Positions 60,975 through 64,000 of a DNA stretch of 64,000 nucleotides are shown here, one piece after another. Made by a program: the position numbers and the translations under genes. This stretch comes from Iphione sp. A-MEVVRFRX5 (taxonomy: Eukaryota), in the NCBI GenBank assembly GCA_976226885.1, contig OZ320321.1, positions 2,046,001 to 2,110,000 on the forward strand, in the 5' to 3' direction. The stretch's first letter is position 1. Every line of letters begins with the position of its first letter. The notes under the pieces are model-generated. The model did no database searches. It was not told the DNA's origin and was given only the letters and a program-made list of their open reading frames with translations.

Positions 60975-61560
60975 GTAAAGGTGGACAGGTCGAGGTGAAC
61001 ATAGAGATAAGAGAGGAAAATGAGGGGATAGGTAGACAGATCTAGGTGAACATAGAGATAAGAGAGGAAAACGAGGGGATAGGCAGACAGATCGAGGTGA
61101 ACATAGAGATAAGAGAGGAAAAAGAGGGGATAGGTAGACAGATCTAGGTGAACATAGAGATAAGAGAGGAAAAAGAGGGGATAGGCAGACAGATCGAGGT
61201 GAACATAGAGATAAGAGAGGAAAACGAGGGGATAGGCAGACAGTTCGAGGTGAACATAGAGATAAAAGAGGAAATAGAGGGGATAGGTAGACAGACCGAG
61301 GTGAACATAGAGATAAGAGAGGAAAACGAGGGGATAGGTAGACAGATTCAGGTGAACATAGAGATAAGAGAGGAAAACAAGGGGATAGGCAGACAGTTTG
61401 AGGTGAACATAGAGATAAAAGAGGAAATAGAGGGGATAGATAGACAGACCGAGGTGAACATAGAGATAAGAGAGGAAAACGAGGGGATAGGTAGACAGAT
61501 CGCGGTGAACATAGAGATAAGAGAGGGAAACGAGGGGATAGGTAGACAGATCGCGGTAAA
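60975..61560. repeat. Purine-rich minisatellite, 51-bp unit (RNF141 intron 1)
   Basis: gaggtgaacatagagataagagaggaaaacgaggggataggcagacagatc; 17-aa periodicity in the ORF track. Confidence 0.95.
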
Positions 61561-62025
61561 CATGGCAGTAAGAGAGAAAAGAAGAGAATAACAAGTGAAG
61601 ACTACAGGAAAAACAAGGAAAGAGAAAGCAGTCAAGATAGAGAGTAGTAGAGAATGAAGCTGAAGACAGAAGAAGAAAGGGAGAGACTATATTGAGGGGA
61701 GACTAGGAGTGAGAGAAAGAGAAAATCAGGAGAAAAGGGAAGGACTGAAAGTAAACAAGAGAGAAACAAGCGAACAAGTGAATGAAGATGGAGAGGGACG
61801 AACAAGGAATAGTAAGATAGAGACACTTGGACATGTGGTTAAGCATCATCATAAATGACTTGTGCTGAAAAAAGTAAGGTCGAACACTGTCATGTGTCAA
61901 CTGTGCCAGATCTCTCTCTCTCATATACATGTATATATATATATATATATATAACTACATAAAAACACTAAAGAATGGTGAAGCAATTACGGCCATACAG
62001 TCTAGATTCGAGACAACATACGTAC

Positions 62026-62195
62026 GTTTGGTTGAGTTCAGTTATGGACCCCAGGAAGTTTTCGTAGGAGAGTGTGACTATTTGTTTGAGATGAACAGCG
62101 TGTTTCTGAAGTTTGGCCTGGAGCCAGGCGGGGACGACTGGGGCCGCCTGCTGCCCGTCTCCCGCTCCGACCTCTCCACTCTCCGCTTGTCCCAT
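62026..62195 (-). CDS. RNF141: RNF141 coding exon 1 (start codon)
   Basis: gtgcag|G-ATG; MGQAESGEVGAGDGQQAAPVVPAWLQAKLQKHAVHLKQIVTLSYENFLGSITELNQ(T); gtacgt donor. The five exons total 726 nt = 241 aa + stop with consistent phases. Confidence 0.9.
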
Positions 62196-63019
62196 CCTGC
62201 ACGGGGAGGCAAAGGGCAAATAATGGGTGAATTGACGAAATACACAAATAGCAGAGATTCACTGGTCACAGTAGTGTACACCGCTATATGTCACTGAACT
62301 GACCAGGGATGAAGGGTCACCATTTTTATACAATCTACTTAATCAAAAGGTGACATGACCTTACCACGTGAAATATGACCTTGACGTTGGTAGTATTTGG
62401 AAGACTGATGGCGAACTGAGGAAGCCCCAGTGGCTGAGGCCGAGTCTCACACACCCTGTCAGTCATTAAAGTTGTGATGCACACAGAAGTAAGCAATGGC
62501 ACAGCGATGATTGAAGAACATGGAAGAAAGGGGGGGGGAGGGAAGGGCAGTCCGCCATCAGTGGTCAACATACATGTACTACTTAAGTCAAGGTCAAATT
62601 GCCCTGGTAAGGCCGTGTGATCTCCTTACTTTGCTTCATAAGTTGACCACCAGATGGCCATCTAAAATTTCATGCGCCTCTTGAAGTGTACAGCGTATCA
62701 CCTGCATGGTGTCCTTCAAAGAGAACGGTTTAAAGGTGTTTGTATCACTCCACATGCCCTCTTCATAACCTCAAATACAGAGAGGCCTTTGAAAGGTAAT
62801 CTTAATAATCAAAAAAACGAGGCGTGACGTCTTTTCCTGGTGGATGCTACCTTGAGTATGAAATCTGAATGATTCCATCCTGGACTACCTTTGTCATGGT
62901 GAGATACTGTGATGTCATACATGCTGTTGTTGTTGACAGATTCCCATGGTGATGTATTTCTAGTGAAATATCCTTCTTGATTGAATCATTGTTCAAATCA
63001 CATGATACATATGGTGAAA

Positions 63020-63240
63020 TTTTGCCCTTATATTTCTCATGGGTGTTCGGTTGTCAAGGTTTCGCCTATGTGGCTCCTCAGGCATCATAGTCGCTGTCTC
63101 CAAGGTGATCAACAATTGTTGACTTGAATCCCCAGGTGGATAATTGTCCACATTGGTTTCCAGAAGTATCCCACCATGTTGATATGCATGTTGTATATCA
63201 ATGACACAATGGACTGTCTGTGTGAAAAAAAAAATTGAAA
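63020..63240 (-). mobile_element. Possible Penelope-like element 3' remnant with hammerhead-like core at 63059-63081
   Basis: CTGAGGA-GCC(ACATA)GGC-GAAAC, preceded by HINMVGYFWKPMWTII, loosely resembling PLE C-termini. Confidence 0.35.
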
Positions 63241-63839
63241 GGTAATCTTGGAAAGAGGTTAACACACACCTTAGGCTCCTGAAACAAGGGGGGGGGGGAG
63301 CTTGAGCATGGAAGCCATACAACCCTTCATTGACGGCTTAAGTGTCGAAGTAAAGACAACCTGAACAGAACACAGTCACAACCGTCTTCCAAATCACGGG
63401 TGTTAGAGATGTTTTGGATGGTCTGCATTCTACTGCTGGTATCTAACAAGCAAAGCTCGAGGGACAGTTTTTTGAGAGTGAGAGCCTCCAAATAAAGATA
63501 TGACTTAAAGGAAAACTGACACGAAAGCTACATCCCAAATAGGATTCACTGCGACCACTGTAGGGCTCGAAATGGAAAAACCCAGGGAGAGGCCTAAATG
63601 TGACAGGCTGCTTCCTAAAACTAAAACCTCACAGCAAGGCAATGGGAACCACGTTTATTATGTGACTAATAAGGAACTGCAGTGCTTGCCTCAAGAAAGG
63701 ACTTTAGGGAGTCCTCGACCTATTGACATACCAGAGTTGGATATGTTCCTGGATTTAGGACACAGAATCACTTCATTAGAACCTTCATTATCCTAGGCAG
63801 ATTCTTGCTGTCAAGAGATCAGCAAAGAACTGCCACAAA

Positions 63840-64000
63840 TATGACTGGTCCGAGGTTTGAGGGAATGCTCAGTTATCATGACTGGCCTGAGGTTTGAGGG
63901 AATGCTCAGTTATCACAACCAGCCTGAAGTTTGAGGGAATGCTCAGTTATCATGACCGGACTGAGGTTTGAGGGGAATGCTCAGTTATCATGACTGGACT
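63840..64000. repeat. Minisatellite, 37-bp unit, runs off the window end
   Basis: gaggtttgagggaatgctcagttatcatgactggcct. Confidence 0.9.

Overview
This is repeat-rich eukaryotic (invertebrate-type animal) genomic DNA with two minus-strand host genes. The first coding exon and promoter of an ANKS1-like ankyrin-repeat gene lie at 18.4-18.8 kb; everything from 1 to 18.4 kb appears to be its first intron, and no ankyrin exon 2 was found in the window. A complete five-exon RNF141 coding sequence (241 aa, C3HC4 RING) spans 54504-62195. Between them lie one full-length, intact L1/Tx1-clade LINE (19576-25417, 12-bp TSD, poly(A)) and decayed elements: CR1/L2-type and RTE LINE fragments, two Gypsy remnants and a TIR-bounded Tigger/pogo element. 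More than 20 unrelated mini- and microsatellite arrays explain most of the ORF track. The most striking observation is that ORF1 of the intact LINE carries, after its coiled-coil/RRM/CTD core, a C-terminal NADAR (YbiA-like) domain with several conserved residues substituted. Secondary observations are a ~40-bp insertion whose 3' end matches that LINE family, three Penelope-type hammerhead-ribozyme-like motifs, and a 66-bp minisatellite whose unit is a complete splice cassette. All family assignments come from motif recognition by eye; no database searches were run.
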